Shown here piece after piece: positions 35,473 to 45,797 of a stretch of 64,000 bases of DNA. The stretch is from a virus. Its lineage: Duplodnaviria; Heunggongvirae; Uroviricota; Caudoviricetes. The stretch's first letter is position 1, and each line of letters opens with the position of its first letter. The position numbers and the translations under genes are program-made. The notes beneath the pieces were generated by a model. That model searched no databases. It saw only the letters and a list, made by a program, of their open reading frames with translations, and had not been told where the DNA came from. Location: IMG/VR virus record IMGVR_UViG_3300044475_000054, positions 1 through 64,000 of that record. One strand, written 5' to 3'.

Positions 35473-35724
35473 ATGGCTGCTCAGACATTTGTATTAACAA
35501 CAACTCCTACACTTATTGCAGATGGTACAAAAGCTGCTTATATTCAAGAAATCATCGGAAGTGGTACACGCTTCACTCAATCAGATACTTCCCCAAATAC
35601 TTCAACTACCCCTTATTGTACAATCATTAAAAACGATCTATCAATATCAGCGGGGTTTAAATTATGGGCTTGGTCTCCAACCGCGTCAAACATTACGATC
35701 ACTGTTTTAACATCTGAATACTAA
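35473..35724 (+). CDS. hypothetical small Thr/Ser-rich protein
   Basis: RBS aaggtgataagATG. Confidence 0.5.
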   Translation: MAAQTFVLTTTPTLIADGTKAAYIQEIIGSGTRFTQSDTSPNTSTTPYCTIIKNDLSISAGFKLWAWSPTASNITITVLTSEY

Positions 35725-35763
35725 TTTAAAATAAAGAATAAGAAGTATAATAAGGATAATATA

Positions 35764-37908
35764 ATGATTTCAAATAGTGGAACCACTTCGCTTGGTTTGT
35801 ATGATTTTAAACGTCAGATTGATTCTTTTGGCGGGGTAGATTATTTCCGCCCTAGTCTGGTTGGTGGTTACTTACCTAACGCTCGTGTAATGTTAGCTAA
35901 TGGTGATATTGTCCAGAATAGCACAGATGTTAATTTAACCAATGATCCTAATAGTGATATGACAGGGTGGGAAAACCCCAAAGATAAAATCTTAAATCTT
36001 GATGACTTTAAAACTGGCGCTAACACCGACGCAGATGCTTTCTATGCGATGTTGGCTTACGCTAAAGCAAAAGGTATTAAGTCGCTAAACATTACACGAG
36101 ATATTACGCTTGATCGCAAAATCACAATGACTCAAGATGCTTCGCTGTGGTTAAACTCAATCAATATTGATTTTCACGGGCATAAAGTAAACTGGACAGG
36201 CGTTGGCGCAGATAATCTATCAATAGGTGTTTTTGAAACATTTGGTATTTTGTCGGCAACTACTACTACGGTTACAACAGATTATCCTGAATACACAAGC
36301 GAATTGACCGTTGCGAATGCAGCAGGCTTTGCTGTGGGCGACTGGATTTTGATTGATAGCACATCAGCTTCCAAACCCGACATTTACTTAAACTTTATTG
36401 CAAAAATTGAAGGTATTAGTGGGAATATAATTCAAACCGATACGGTTCGTCGCTTGGCTGTTCGCCCTTCTGTTGCTACCGTGAATATAACAAAGGTAGT
36501 ACCTGTTGATGGGTTTAAAATCACAGGAAACCCCCTTGTTACAGCAACCAATCAAACAGCACGTACCAATGGGATTGGTGCAGTTCAGTATCAATATTGC
36601 GTAAACTCACATGCTTATGTTAAGTCTGAAAAACTATGGTTTAAAACTTTCCGATCGTCTCAGTGTTCACGTTTAACTGTGATTGCGAATGGTGAAAAGC
36701 CTGCGGCAACTGGAGGCGGTGAAGGTTATGTTGTACAGCTTGAATATACAACCCATTCAATCGTTAAGGCGAACGCTGATAATATGCGCCATTGTGTAGA
36801 CCTCACAATGGCGTGGCATAATAATATTATTGATAGTTATGACTTTGAGAGCGCGTCTGCTTCATACGGATGCCATGCTGCATTTGAATACAATAACCAC
36901 TTTTGGCGTTGTGTTTCTATCCGTTCTGCGCAATACGGCTTTCAGGGGGCAGCTTCTACAGGAACTTTTGGGGATACGGTTGATGAGTTGCATCTGCATG
37001 ATTGTCAGGTTCTCGAAAGCACCTTGCAGTGTGTAAGTTTCGCCAATAAGGGGAAAGGGTTGCATGTTAATGGTGGTCGATATGATGGCAAGTCGTATTC
37101 CATCATAACCTCAAATAACGACACTATTATTAATGGCGCAAAACTATATGGTGGCGTTCAAGTCACAAGCTCTGCTGATATGTACACAGGAGGTATTTGT
37201 GAGGTTCGCAATAGTGAGACTGTGATTAAGAGCGGGACTCGTGCTGCTAATATTGTTGCAGATCGTAGTATTAAGTTTGTTGGTGGCTCTGTTAGCGGGT
37301 TAATAGCCGCAGGGTTAAATACAGTAATTGAAACACTCAACACCGAAGTTATTTGTCCATCCAATACAAGTTTGATTGGGAGCTTTAATACTGTTACTTT
37401 AAAAATGAAGGGTGGTAAATTTATCATTCCTAATGGTGCAACAGCAGATCAAACCAACATTTTAAAAGTTGTTGATATGGACGGGGTTGAGTTTGTACAG
37501 ACGGATGTTGCCCGAGGGAACAGCTTGCTTGGCGCTAAGACATCAATCCGAAATTGCACAGGCTCTAGTCGATTTGCTTTTAATGGTTCTAGCGTGTCAG
37601 ATTTGGAGTTAAGAGACAACACTCTATCCGCAGTTACTACAGCACCACTTGTAACGCTTCTAAACTTTACAGGTAAAGTGAAGATAAACAATAATACACT
37701 GTCTGCATCAAATAGCGCTTTTCTTATTGGTACAACCAACACAATCAGTAAACTACAAATGATGGGTAACGACATCACTGGCGCTACAAGCATTCCAGAC
37801 GGCCAAGTCACAAGCGGCATTGTGCAAGGTAATATGTTCGCAGGCACAACAACACTGCCGACAAATGGCGCAAATAAGTTTGTAGATTCAAATATCATTA
37901 CAGCTTAA
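35764..37908 (+). CDS. tailspike / tail fiber protein with predicted right-handed beta-helix (pectate-lyase-like) domain
   Basis: 714 aa. Recurrent Asn/Gly-rich repeats typical of beta-helix depolymerases (ITRDITLDRKITMTQDASLWLNSINIDFHGHKVNWTG, VNGGRYDG, TIINGAKLYGG). RBS ataaggataatataATG. Confidence 0.5.
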   Translation: MISNSGTTSLGLYDFKRQIDSFGGVDYFRPSLVGGYLPNARVMLANGDIVQNSTDVNLTNDPNSDMTGWENPKDKILNLDDFKTGANTDADAFYAMLAYAKAKGIKSLNITRDITLDRKITMTQDASLWLNSINIDFHGHKVNWTGVGADNLSIGVFETFGILSATTTTVTTDYPEYTSELTVANAAGFAVGDWILIDSTSASKPDIYLNFIAKIEGISGNIIQTDTVRRLAVRPSVATVNITKVVPVDGFKITGNPLVTATNQTARTNGIGAVQYQYCVNSHAYVKSEKLWFKTFRSSQCSRLTVIANGEKPAATGGGEGYVVQLEYTTHSIVKANADNMRHCVDLTMAWHNNIIDSYDFESASASYGCHAAFEYNNHFWRCVSIRSAQYGFQGAASTGTFGDTVDELHLHDCQVLESTLQCVSFANKGKGLHVNGGRYDGKSYSIITSNNDTIINGAKLYGGVQVTSSADMYTGGICEVRNSETVIKSGTRAANIVADRSIKFVGGSVSGLIAAGLNTVIETLNTEVICPSNTSLIGSFNTVTLKMKGGKFIIPNGATADQTNILKVVDMDGVEFVQTDVARGNSLLGAKTSIRNCTGSSRFAFNGSSVSDLELRDNTLSAVTTAPLVTLLNFTGKVKINNNTLSASNSAFLIGTTNTISKLQMMGNDITGATSIPDGQVTSGIVQGNMFAGTTTLPTNGANKFVDSNIITA

Positions 37909-37914
37909 TAAAAC

Positions 37915-37950
37915 TAACCCCTCGAAATGGTTTTTTTTTATTTCTCGGTA
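37915..37950 (+). terminator. rho-independent terminator (weak stem, T9 run)
   Basis: aacccctcgaaatggtttttttttattt. Confidence 0.4.
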
Positions 37951-38090
37951 AAAGTGCTATTATCGGTAAAACTTACACGAGTAATCAAAATGCAAGAAAA
38001 CATAATCCATCAAGTAATCAACGATGTCCCTGCTGTAGTTGGTGCAATTTTGTGTTACTTAACGATAATAAATTAAAATGGAGTTAAACT

Positions 38091-38456
38091 ATGCCTTTCA
38101 AACCAAACGACCCAAACATTAATCGTAAGGGTCGTGGTACTGGTGAGAGCTTGGTTAATCCCAAGTCCCTCACTGGAACAGAGTATCGTGAGAAAGAATT
38201 TAAACAAATTCTTAGACGATTGAAACCATTAAACAACAAAGCACTTAAAGTGTTTACAGATATGCTTGAGGATGAAAAGACAACAGAAGCTACGAAAGTA
38301 AAAGTTGCAGTATTCATTATGAAAACATATCAAGACATGATAGATGATTTGTATAAACCAGTAAACGGTGGGAGTTCAGATGGTGATGATCAAGATGATA
38401 AGTCTGACTCAACTCCGTTAATTTCTTTTAAAGTTTTAGAGGGTGGGACTAAGTAA
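38091..38456 (+). CDS. putative terminase small subunit
   Basis: 121-aa protein immediately upstream of TerL, with an acidic C-terminus. RBS aaatggagttaaactATG. Confidence 0.35.
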   Translation: MPFKPNDPNINRKGRGTGESLVNPKSLTGTEYREKEFKQILRRLKPLNNKALKVFTDMLEDEKTTEATKVKVAVFIMKTYQDMIDDLYKPVNGGSSDGDDQDDKSDSTPLISFKVLEGGTK

Positions 38457-38482
38457 GTCCTCCCTTATTTTGTAGGTAAGCA

Positions 38483-39916
38483 ATGCAAGAAGAAAAACAA
38501 AGAGATGTAATTGCTCCTGCCAGTAAACCACAAGAGTTATTCATTAACTCTGATGCTGATATTACTATTGCAAGTGGTAGTGCTGGTAGTAGTAAATCAT
38601 ATTCTATTTTATTACGTTGGTTACGGTTTATTAATTGTCCTTATTCAAGGGGCGTAATCTTCCGTAGAACGTCTACTCAGCTATTGCAACAAGGTGGTCT
38701 CTGGGATGATGCTATTTCGTTATATAGTAGGATTGACCCTAACTTAAAGATTAAGATTAAAGATCGTAAACTAATCTTCTCTACAGGAGCTTCTTTACAG
38801 TTTTCTCACTACGAGAACGAAGCAGCTAAAGAGAAGTTCAAAGGTTTACAAGCTGATTATATTGCTTTCGATGAAGCAACAGAATTTACAGAAGAGATGA
38901 TTACGTATCTCTTATCTCGTAACCGTAACTCAGGTGTTGTTGGTTATCATAAATCAACTATGTGCATGGCTACAAACCCACACTGTGATTCTTTCTTGAA
39001 AGATTGGATATGGTGGTGGTTAGACCCTGATACAGGTATTCCTGATCCTGAGAAGCGTGGAGTAACACGCTACTTCGTTAAACTACGTGATGGTGGTTTT
39101 GATTGGTATGATTCAAGAGAAGAAGCAGAAGTAGTTTATGGGACAGCTAAAGATAACGGTGTTAAGTCGATGTGTGTTATTGGTAGTACGATCTACGATA
39201 ACCCTTACATTGACCCAGCATACATCTCAAGCTTAAAAGCACTATCTCGTGTAGAGCAAGATCGATTACTATTTGGTAGTTGGACAGCTCGTGAAGAATC
39301 TTCAGGATACTTTAAACAAGAGTGGTTAAACAAACCATTAATTATGCCTCCTGCATCTATTATTAAAGTACGTGCTTGGGACTTAGCTGCAACCAAACCA
39401 AGTGAATCTAACAAGAACCCTGACTGGACTGCTGGTGTACTTATGTCGAAAGACAAAGAAAAGATGTACACAATTGAGCACGTAAGTAGATTTCGTGATG
39501 GTTTTAGGGGTGTAGAGAAGAAGATCATTGAACAAGCAGAAGAAGATGGTAGAGACGTTATTATTCTGCTTCCTATGGATGTAGGTTCATCTGCTCAGAG
39601 TTATGCTAAAGGGTTTCAAGGTGAATTAGCTGATTTAGGATTCACTGTTAAATTAATTAAACCTAAAGTAGACAAGGTAACACGTTTCGGGCCTTTCGCA
39701 GCAATCGCTGAAGCACAGAAAGTTCGTTATGTTGAAGGCGCTTGGAACAAACCTTACTTCGATGAACTAGAATCTTTTGATGGCAGTCGAAGAACCAAAA
39801 GGGATCAAGTCGATGCAACTTCTGATGCGTATAACTATCTACGAGTTAGTTTAGTATTACCTTCAATCAGTCTTACATCATTTACACAATCTAACCCATT
39901 CTCAAGAGATTTTTAA
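38483..39916 (+). CDS. terL: terminase large subunit
   Basis: Walker A ITIASGSAGSSKS, Walker B YIAFDEATEF, and C-terminal nuclease-like acidic motifs (LPMDVGSS, DQVDATSDAY). Confidence 0.8.
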   Translation: MQEEKQRDVIAPASKPQELFINSDADITIASGSAGSSKSYSILLRWLRFINCPYSRGVIFRRTSTQLLQQGGLWDDAISLYSRIDPNLKIKIKDRKLIFSTGASLQFSHYENEAAKEKFKGLQADYIAFDEATEFTEEMITYLLSRNRNSGVVGYHKSTMCMATNPHCDSFLKDWIWWWLDPDTGIPDPEKRGVTRYFVKLRDGGFDWYDSREEAEVVYGTAKDNGVKSMCVIGSTIYDNPYIDPAYISSLKALSRVEQDRLLFGSWTAREESSGYFKQEWLNKPLIMPPASIIKVRAWDLAATKPSESNKNPDWTAGVLMSKDKEKMYTIEHVSRFRDGFRGVEKKIIEQAEEDGRDVIILLPMDVGSSAQSYAKGFQGELADLGFTVKLIKPKVDKVTRFGPFAAIAEAQKVRYVEGAWNKPYFDELESFDGSRRTKRDQVDATSDAYNYLRVSLVLPSISLTSFTQSNPFSRDF

Positions 39917-39931
39917 TGCAAGGAACAAAAC

Positions 39932-41389
39932 ATGAGTGATATAGTGGATGTTACCAAAGCATCTAAAGAATCTTTAAGGTTTACAATTGAGCAATTAGGT
40001 TATACTGGTTTAAAAGTAAACAATGGGCAAATCAACGAAGAGATTAAACGAGAGTTACAATTTCCTCAAAGTATCTTAACTTATAAACAGATGGGCTATG
40101 ATTCTACTGTAGCTTCTGCTTTAAATTATTATGAACACATGATGCTTAAAGCTAATGTTGAGGTTAAACCACATCCTAAAGCAAATGAACAAGAGCAAGA
40201 ATATGCTCAGTTCTTCAAAGAATGCTTAGATGATATGGATAACCAATCTTGGCAAGACTTTGTTCAAGAAGTTGCGAGTATGAACCAATACGGGTTCTGT
40301 GTTAATGAGATTGTACTTCGTAAACGACTCTACTCGAAAGGTAGTAAGTATAATGATGGTAAGGTTGGTATTCGTAAGTTACCAATTCGTTCTCAAGATA
40401 GTATCTCTAAATGGAACTACGATGATGAACAAAACCTTATTGGTTTAACACAAACAGTAGCTAAGACAGGTAAGCGTGGGCAAGTATTACTTTCATCTAA
40501 AGGTGAAGAAATTACAATCCCTCGTAACAAGTTCCTATTGTTTCGTCTAGGTAAGAAGAAAGATTCTCCTGTGGGTGATTCCCCATTGAAAGGTTGTTAC
40601 TACCCGTGGAAGTATAAGAGTGCTGTAGAAGAACTTGAAAGCGTGGGGTTAAATCGTGATCTTTCAGGAGTTCCTGTTGCATGGATTCCTCCTCAAGTTA
40701 TGGCAGAAGATGCTGATGAATCTACGAAAGCTCAATACCAAGAGTGGAAGAACATTGTTCGTAACATCCAACAGAACCAACAATCAGGTATGGTACTACC
40801 TCTAGCTTATGATGAGAACACTAAGCAACCTTTGTTTAAGTTTGAATTATTAAAAAACGAAGGTGGTAAAGCTTACGACACTTCGAGTATTAAGCAATAT
40901 TACAGCAATGCTATCTTAACAGCTTTAAGTGCTGATCTTTTAGTCATGGGGCAAGGTAGTACAGGTAGTTATGCTTTAGGTAATATCAAGAACAGTTTAT
41001 CAGCTATTGCTATTGAAGCTAAGTTGAAAGAGATTTGTAACGTAATCAATCAGCATTTGATTCCTATGATTGGTCGAATGAACGGTTGGGACTTAACTCG
41101 TTTACCTTATATTGAGTTTGATGATCTTGAATCTGTTTCATTAGAGGATACGTCAAAATTCCTCCAGAGGGTTGGTAGTATTGGTATCTTACCTAAAACA
41201 CTCCCTGTTGTTAACCGTGTACTTAATTTACTTGGTTTAGATTCCTTGCCTGAAGATACAGACTTAGATGAAATCTTAACAGATAATACAAGTAAGGCTG
41301 GACAAGAGTTAGATAATCCTTTAGAGGGAAGTCGTAGAACAGCTACTACAGGTAGTGACAACGATAATAACTTGGATAATGCAGGGTAA
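39932..41389 (+). CDS. portal protein
   Basis: 485-aa protein directly downstream of TerL with an acidic C-terminus. Position and size fit a portal. Confidence 0.6.
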   Translation: MSDIVDVTKASKESLRFTIEQLGYTGLKVNNGQINEEIKRELQFPQSILTYKQMGYDSTVASALNYYEHMMLKANVEVKPHPKANEQEQEYAQFFKECLDDMDNQSWQDFVQEVASMNQYGFCVNEIVLRKRLYSKGSKYNDGKVGIRKLPIRSQDSISKWNYDDEQNLIGLTQTVAKTGKRGQVLLSSKGEEITIPRNKFLLFRLGKKKDSPVGDSPLKGCYYPWKYKSAVEELESVGLNRDLSGVPVAWIPPQVMAEDADESTKAQYQEWKNIVRNIQQNQQSGMVLPLAYDENTKQPLFKFELLKNEGGKAYDTSSIKQYYSNAILTALSADLLVMGQGSTGSYALGNIKNSLSAIAIEAKLKEICNVINQHLIPMIGRMNGWDLTRLPYIEFDDLESVSLEDTSKFLQRVGSIGILPKTLPVVNRVLNLLGLDSLPEDTDLDEILTDNTSKAGQELDNPLEGSRRTATTGSDNDNNLDNAG

Positions 41390-41565
41390 CTTACCTTTGC
41401 TAAACAATAAACAAAAGTAATGATATAAGCTTATATTTATAAAAATATTTAATTAAAGTATTTACAAATAAAATTCTTGGTTATATAATACAGCTATGAG
41501 CAACACAGATTGCCATACATAATAAATATAAGCTTACTCAAAACTAAAACAATAAGGGTAAGTAT

Positions 41566-41964
41566 ATGCGTCCTAAGAAGACAAACATTCCAATCATTAA
41601 ACAAGCAAACGAAGAATTAAAACAAGCAACATTCCTTGTACTCTCTCCTGATGAAGTTGATCTGCATGGTGATGTATATGATGCTGATGAAGTACGTAAA
41701 GCTTGTCATAACTTCAACGCACATTGTCGTAAAGCAAACCTCCTACACTTAACAGAAACAGACACCTTTTCTATCGCTGAGAGCTATATTGCTCCTGTAG
41801 AGATGAAGATGGGCGAGACAATTATTAAAGCAGGGAGTTGGGTATCAGTTCTTCAGTTTAACGATGATGATATTTGGGAAGGTGTTAAATCTGGCGACTA
41901 CTCAGGAGTTAGTATTGGTGCTACAGCAAATGCAGAAGAATTAGAAGAGGGTCAAGATGACTGA
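41566..41964 (+). CDS. hypothetical head-module protein
   Basis: RBS ataagggtaagtatATG. Lies between portal and scaffold. Confidence 0.45.
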   Translation: MRPKKTNIPIIKQANEELKQATFLVLSPDEVDLHGDVYDADEVRKACHNFNAHCRKANLLHLTETDTFSIAESYIAPVEMKMGETIIKAGSWVSVLQFNDDDIWEGVKSGDYSGVSIGATANAEELEEGQDD

Positions 41965-42988
41965 ACAACGCAAAGCTAAACGAAAGCTTACAGATATTAA
42001 CTTCGAAAAAGAGGGTTCTCATCTAGCTTTGGTTCATAAGGTACAAGGTGGTGCTGCATCAGGCTACTCGACACTTGTAATGAAGGCTACCGACAAATAC
42101 TCAGAAGAGTTTATTAAGAAAGCATCTCAAGTTAAAGTTACATTATCCTTACCAGACTTCTTAGAGAAGTTCTTCCATGTTTGGGGTGAAGATGCTGAGT
42201 TACTGGCTACCATGTTTGGATATGAACCTAGCGAAGATGAAAGTGATGATGAATACTCAACACAAAGCTTTTGGTCTTGGTATCGTGAAAAAGCAATGGA
42301 ACATGGTGCTGTAGATAGTTGGGGTGATCCCCTAACTCGACCAACAAATCAAGATCGTAAAGATTGGATCGAAGACCAATTACAAGGTATTGAGATTCTT
42401 AAATCAGCTACATTATCTAAAGGCAGTGCTGATTTCATTAACTCTCTTACAGAAGAACAATATTTAGGTCTTTTAAAAGATCAACAGTTTATTGAAAAGT
42501 CTTTCAAGTTACAAGAAGTAAAGAAAGACTTAGATGGTGAAAGTGGCGGTAAGCCTACAAAGGGTGTAAATCCTAAACAAACTAAGGCTTCTAAAGCCGA
42601 CACAAAGGAAAATGAAATGGAAACAATTGAAAAAGCTCAGTATGATGCGAAAGAAGTAGAACTTCAAAAAGCTCTAGCTGATATTCAAAAAGCTAAAGAA
42701 GAAATCGAGTTATTCAAAGCTAAAGAAAAAGAAGCTGTTGAGAAAGCTCGTGAAGCTGAAGTAACTGCTGCTGTAGAAGATGTTGAAGCTTCTGCTAAGT
42801 TATTCAAAGCAATTAAAGAATTAGAAGCTGAAGCGTTTAAAGATGTAGTTGAGGTTGTTAAATCTCTTGCTTCTAAAGTAGATGAATCAGAAATGTTTAA
42901 AGAAAAAGGTTCACCTGAAGCTGGTGAGAAAGTTCAGAAGTCAGCGCTTAAAGCAATGATTGACGCTAAATATAATAAAAACAAGTAA
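41957..42988 (+). CDS. scaffolding protein (coiled-coil, Glu/Lys/Ala-rich)
   Basis: Long KAKEEIELFKAKEKEAVEKAREAEV-type heptads. Sits upstream of the capsid gene. Confidence 0.55.
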   Translation: MTEQRKAKRKLTDINFEKEGSHLALVHKVQGGAASGYSTLVMKATDKYSEEFIKKASQVKVTLSLPDFLEKFFHVWGEDAELLATMFGYEPSEDESDDEYSTQSFWSWYREKAMEHGAVDSWGDPLTRPTNQDRKDWIEDQLQGIEILKSATLSKGSADFINSLTEEQYLGLLKDQQFIEKSFKLQEVKKDLDGESGGKPTKGVNPKQTKASKADTKENEMETIEKAQYDAKEVELQKALADIQKAKEEIELFKAKEKEAVEKAREAEVTAAVEDVEASAKLFKAIKELEAEAFKDVVEVVKSLASKVDESEMFKEKGSPEAGEKVQKSALKAMIDAKYNKNK

Positions 42989-43004
42989 TAGAGGATATTA
43001 AGAT

Positions 43005-43418
43005 ATGACAATTATTGCACAGGATAAACCACGTTTCTCAGATGTGGTAAAACATGAATATGAACCATCATTAGCTTATACACGTGAAGTTGTAGTTGTT
43101 AATGATGCAGCTAAGACATTATCTCTTGGTATGCTACTTGGTAAAGTAACTGCTACTGGTAAATATAAAGAATCTGTACAAACTGCTACCGATGGTTCTG
43201 AAGCTCCTGTAGCTGTTGTTGTAGGCAAGGACATCTTCGCGTTAGATGTTACTGTTCCAGCAACTACTGATACTAAGGTGCTTGCTATTGTACGAGGCCC
43301 TGCTATTGTACGTAAAACTGGTTTGAAACCTCACTCGACTTTTAATGATGCAACTAAACTTGCTGCTGCTTATGCTTCTCTTGCAACTGCTTCAATTTTA
43401 GCAAACGATTCAATTTAA
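43005..43418 (+). CDS. head decoration protein (lambda gpD-like position)
   Basis: 137 aa, Ala/Thr/Val-rich, immediately upstream of the MCP. RBS taatagaggatattaagatATG. Confidence 0.4.
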   Translation: MTIIAQDKPRFSDVVKHEYEPSLAYTREVVVVNDAAKTLSLGMLLGKVTATGKYKESVQTATDGSEAPVAVVVGKDIFALDVTVPATTDTKVLAIVRGPAIVRKTGLKPHSTFNDATKLAAAYASLATASILANDSI

Positions 43419-43442
43419 TAAGAATAACGGAGAAATATAAGA

Positions 43443-44462
43443 ATGATTATTCGTGACTATGGTAACGGTTTTAAGGTTACAGATTTAACAGAAGAACTTG
43501 TAGATATTCCTAATGAGTACGGTTTGATTAACCAGCTAGGTATCTTTGAAGTTGAACCAGTAACTCAGCATACGGTTACTTTTGAACACTCAAATCGTGT
43601 AATTGGTTTGATTTCAGATAAGGTTCGTGGTGAACGTAACAACGTTTCTAAAGACCCTTCTCGTGTTATGCGCTCATACGCAATTCCTCACTTCCCTCTT
43701 GATGATTACATTACTCCACAAGATGTACAAGGTCAACGAGCTTATGGTGAAGAACAAGTTGAACGTCTAGCTGCTGTTCAAATGCGTAAACTTGAGACGA
43801 TTCGTAAATCTCACGCTATTACCCTTGAAACTGCTCGTGCTAAGATGCTTACATCTGGTGACATCTATGCTCCAAACGGTACAGTTGTTGGTAACGTCTA
43901 CACAGACTTTGGTGTAACTCGTAAAGAAGTTGCAATGGATTTAACCAACGCAGCAACAGATGTTCTTGGTAAGCAACGTGAAATTGTAGATCATATTCAA
44001 GACACTATCTTGAGTGGTGAAACTCCTACAGATATTATCGCAATCTGTGGCGCTGGTTATTTCGATAAGTATATCGCTCAAGCTGGCGTTAAGGAAGCGT
44101 ACAAGTTCTACACCTCAACACAAGAACCTTTACGTAACGGTAACTGGACTCAATTCCGTCATGGCGATGTGTTGTTACTCCGTTACACTGGAAAGTTCAA
44201 AGATGCAGAAGGGAACACTGTAGAATTGATCCCAACAGAAGAGGCACGATACCTTCCATTAGGTACAATGGATACGTTCAAAACTTACTTCTCTCCTGCT
44301 AACAAGTTCGATCTTGCTAACACACTTGGAGAGCAAGCATACGTATTTGTGTACGAAGACGGCAAAGGTTCTAAGATCGAAATCGAATCTGAATCAAACC
44401 TACTAAATATTATGCGTCGTCCTCAGTGTGTGGTTCGTGCTGTAGCTGGTGCTAGTGTTTAA
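43443..44462 (+). CDS. major capsid protein
   Basis: 339 aa (lambda-gpE-like size), in the canonical slot, followed by a strong hairpin. RBS taacggagaaatataagaATG. Confidence 0.6.
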   Translation: MIIRDYGNGFKVTDLTEELVDIPNEYGLINQLGIFEVEPVTQHTVTFEHSNRVIGLISDKVRGERNNVSKDPSRVMRSYAIPHFPLDDYITPQDVQGQRAYGEEQVERLAAVQMRKLETIRKSHAITLETARAKMLTSGDIYAPNGTVVGNVYTDFGVTRKEVAMDLTNAATDVLGKQREIVDHIQDTILSGETPTDIIAICGAGYFDKYIAQAGVKEAYKFYTSTQEPLRNGNWTQFRHGDVLLLRYTGKFKDAEGNTVELIPTEEARYLPLGTMDTFKTYFSPANKFDLANTLGEQAYVFVYEDGKGSKIEIESESNLLNIMRRPQCVVRAVAGASV

Positions 44463-44553
44463 ATAATACTTTAAAGTATTAATACAGCGTAAATCGGAGC
44501 TTGACTTCGGTTTACGTTAATATTAATATTACTCCTTTTACTAGGAGACGAAT

Positions 44554-45222
44554 GTGAATAAACAAAAAGATTTAACTGGAGAGACTTTTGGAAAACTGTT
44601 GGTTATTGGGTTAACAACATTAAAGAAGTTTAAAGGGAATAGAAACTGGGCTTGTCAGTGTAGTTGTATGAATTTAACTATTTGTAAAACTGAACACCTT
44701 ACGTACTTAGGGAAAGTTGATTGTGGTTGTGGAAACAAACAACGTAAGAGTGATGGAGCAGTTACACACGGATGCAGTATAAAGAATAATAAGCTTTATT
44801 CCATTTACAAAGCTATGATGGATAGATGTTATAACAAATATAACAAAGAATACTCTAACTATGGTGGTCGTGGAATCGAGGTTTGTGAACGTTGGCACGA
44901 TGTTTCACTTTTCTTCGAAGACATGGAAGGCGCTTACTCTAACGATCTTTCATTAGATCGGGAAGATTTTAACGGGAACTACTGTCCTGAGAACTGTTCT
45001 TGGAGAACTCTAGACTGGCAAGCTTATAACAAAAGACAGCATAGTAAGAATACTTCGTCCAAATCAGGGGTATCTTTCGATAAAGATAGAAATAAGTGGG
45101 CCGCATACATTAGTCAAAACAATAAACGGATAGCGTTAGGAAGATTTGAGCTGTTTGAAGACGCTGTAGCAGCTCGTGAACAAGCAGAGTTGAAATACTT
45201 CGGTAGATTGAAAGGCAATTAA
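44554..45222 (+). CDS. HNH homing endonuclease (NUMOD4-like N-terminus, HNH, AP2 domain)
   Basis: GETFGKLLVIG, zinc knuckle CQCSC...CGCGN, MMDRCYNKYNKEYSNYGGRGIEVCERW, LDREDFNGNYCPENCSW, and AP2-like GVSFDKDRNKWAAYISQNNKRIALGRFELFEDAVAAREQAE. RBS ctaggagacgaATGtg (GTG/ATG). Confidence 0.7.
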   Translation: MNKQKDLTGETFGKLLVIGLTTLKKFKGNRNWACQCSCMNLTICKTEHLTYLGKVDCGCGNKQRKSDGAVTHGCSIKNNKLYSIYKAMMDRCYNKYNKEYSNYGGRGIEVCERWHDVSLFFEDMEGAYSNDLSLDREDFNGNYCPENCSWRTLDWQAYNKRQHSKNTSSKSGVSFDKDRNKWAAYISQNNKRIALGRFELFEDAVAAREQAELKYFGRLKGN

Positions 45223-45339
45223 GTCTTTAAACAACTTTAAGTTTTAATACAATGCAACTTCTTCGTGAGGTTGCATCGATATTAGAATTACAAGTAATTA
45301 GAATAGTAAACAAAAGAATTATAAATAAAGGAAATCATA

Positions 45340-45792
45340 ATGGCATTAACATTAGTCCAAGAGGTCAGATTAACCATCGGTTTAATTGGGAATGCCTATG
45401 ACCTCCTATCTGACGATGAAATCACTCATTACCTAACAAAGAATAATAACAACATTCGTAGAACATGCTTAGATTGCGGTAAGACTGTTTTGTTTATCTT
45501 AGCTCAACTAACACACACTAAAGCCGATGTTCTCGAAGAGTGGAGTCATGATTGGTTTAACAACTATTATAAAACTCTGCAAATGTATATGAATGACCCT
45601 AACTTTAGTTTCGCTATCAATGGTGCAATGCCCTACGCTGGTGGTATTAGTATATCAGATATTAGAGCTAATGTAGAGAATTGCGATAACTTCGTTGTTG
45701 ATGTAGATGGTGGTATCCCTACAGATGGTATAGCTTCTTGTTCTACAAATACAAACCAACAAGTGTTCAAGAGATTCCCTGATACTTTCTAA
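45340..45792 (+). CDS. head-tail connector / head completion protein (putative)
   Basis: Position between capsid and tail genes. RBS aaaggaaatcataATG. Confidence 0.4.
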   Translation: MALTLVQEVRLTIGLIGNAYDLLSDDEITHYLTKNNNNIRRTCLDCGKTVLFILAQLTHTKADVLEEWSHDWFNNYYKTLQMYMNDPNFSFAINGAMPYAGGISISDIRANVENCDNFVVDVDGGIPTDGIASCSTNTNQQVFKRFPDTF

Positions 45793-45797
45793 AGGTA

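Noticed and set aside
36388-37898. Minus-strand ORFs 36388-36594, 36862-37065, 37158-37427, 37449-37898 and plus-strand 36830-37036
   Set aside because: All are nested antisense or alternate-frame inside the well-supported 714-aa tailspike gene.
41463-41490. Internal promoter ttacaa-N16-tataat between portal and the next head gene
   Set aside because: It is plausible but sits in generic AT-rich intergenic sequence. There is no supporting repeat of the early-promoter architecture, so it is not listed as a feature.
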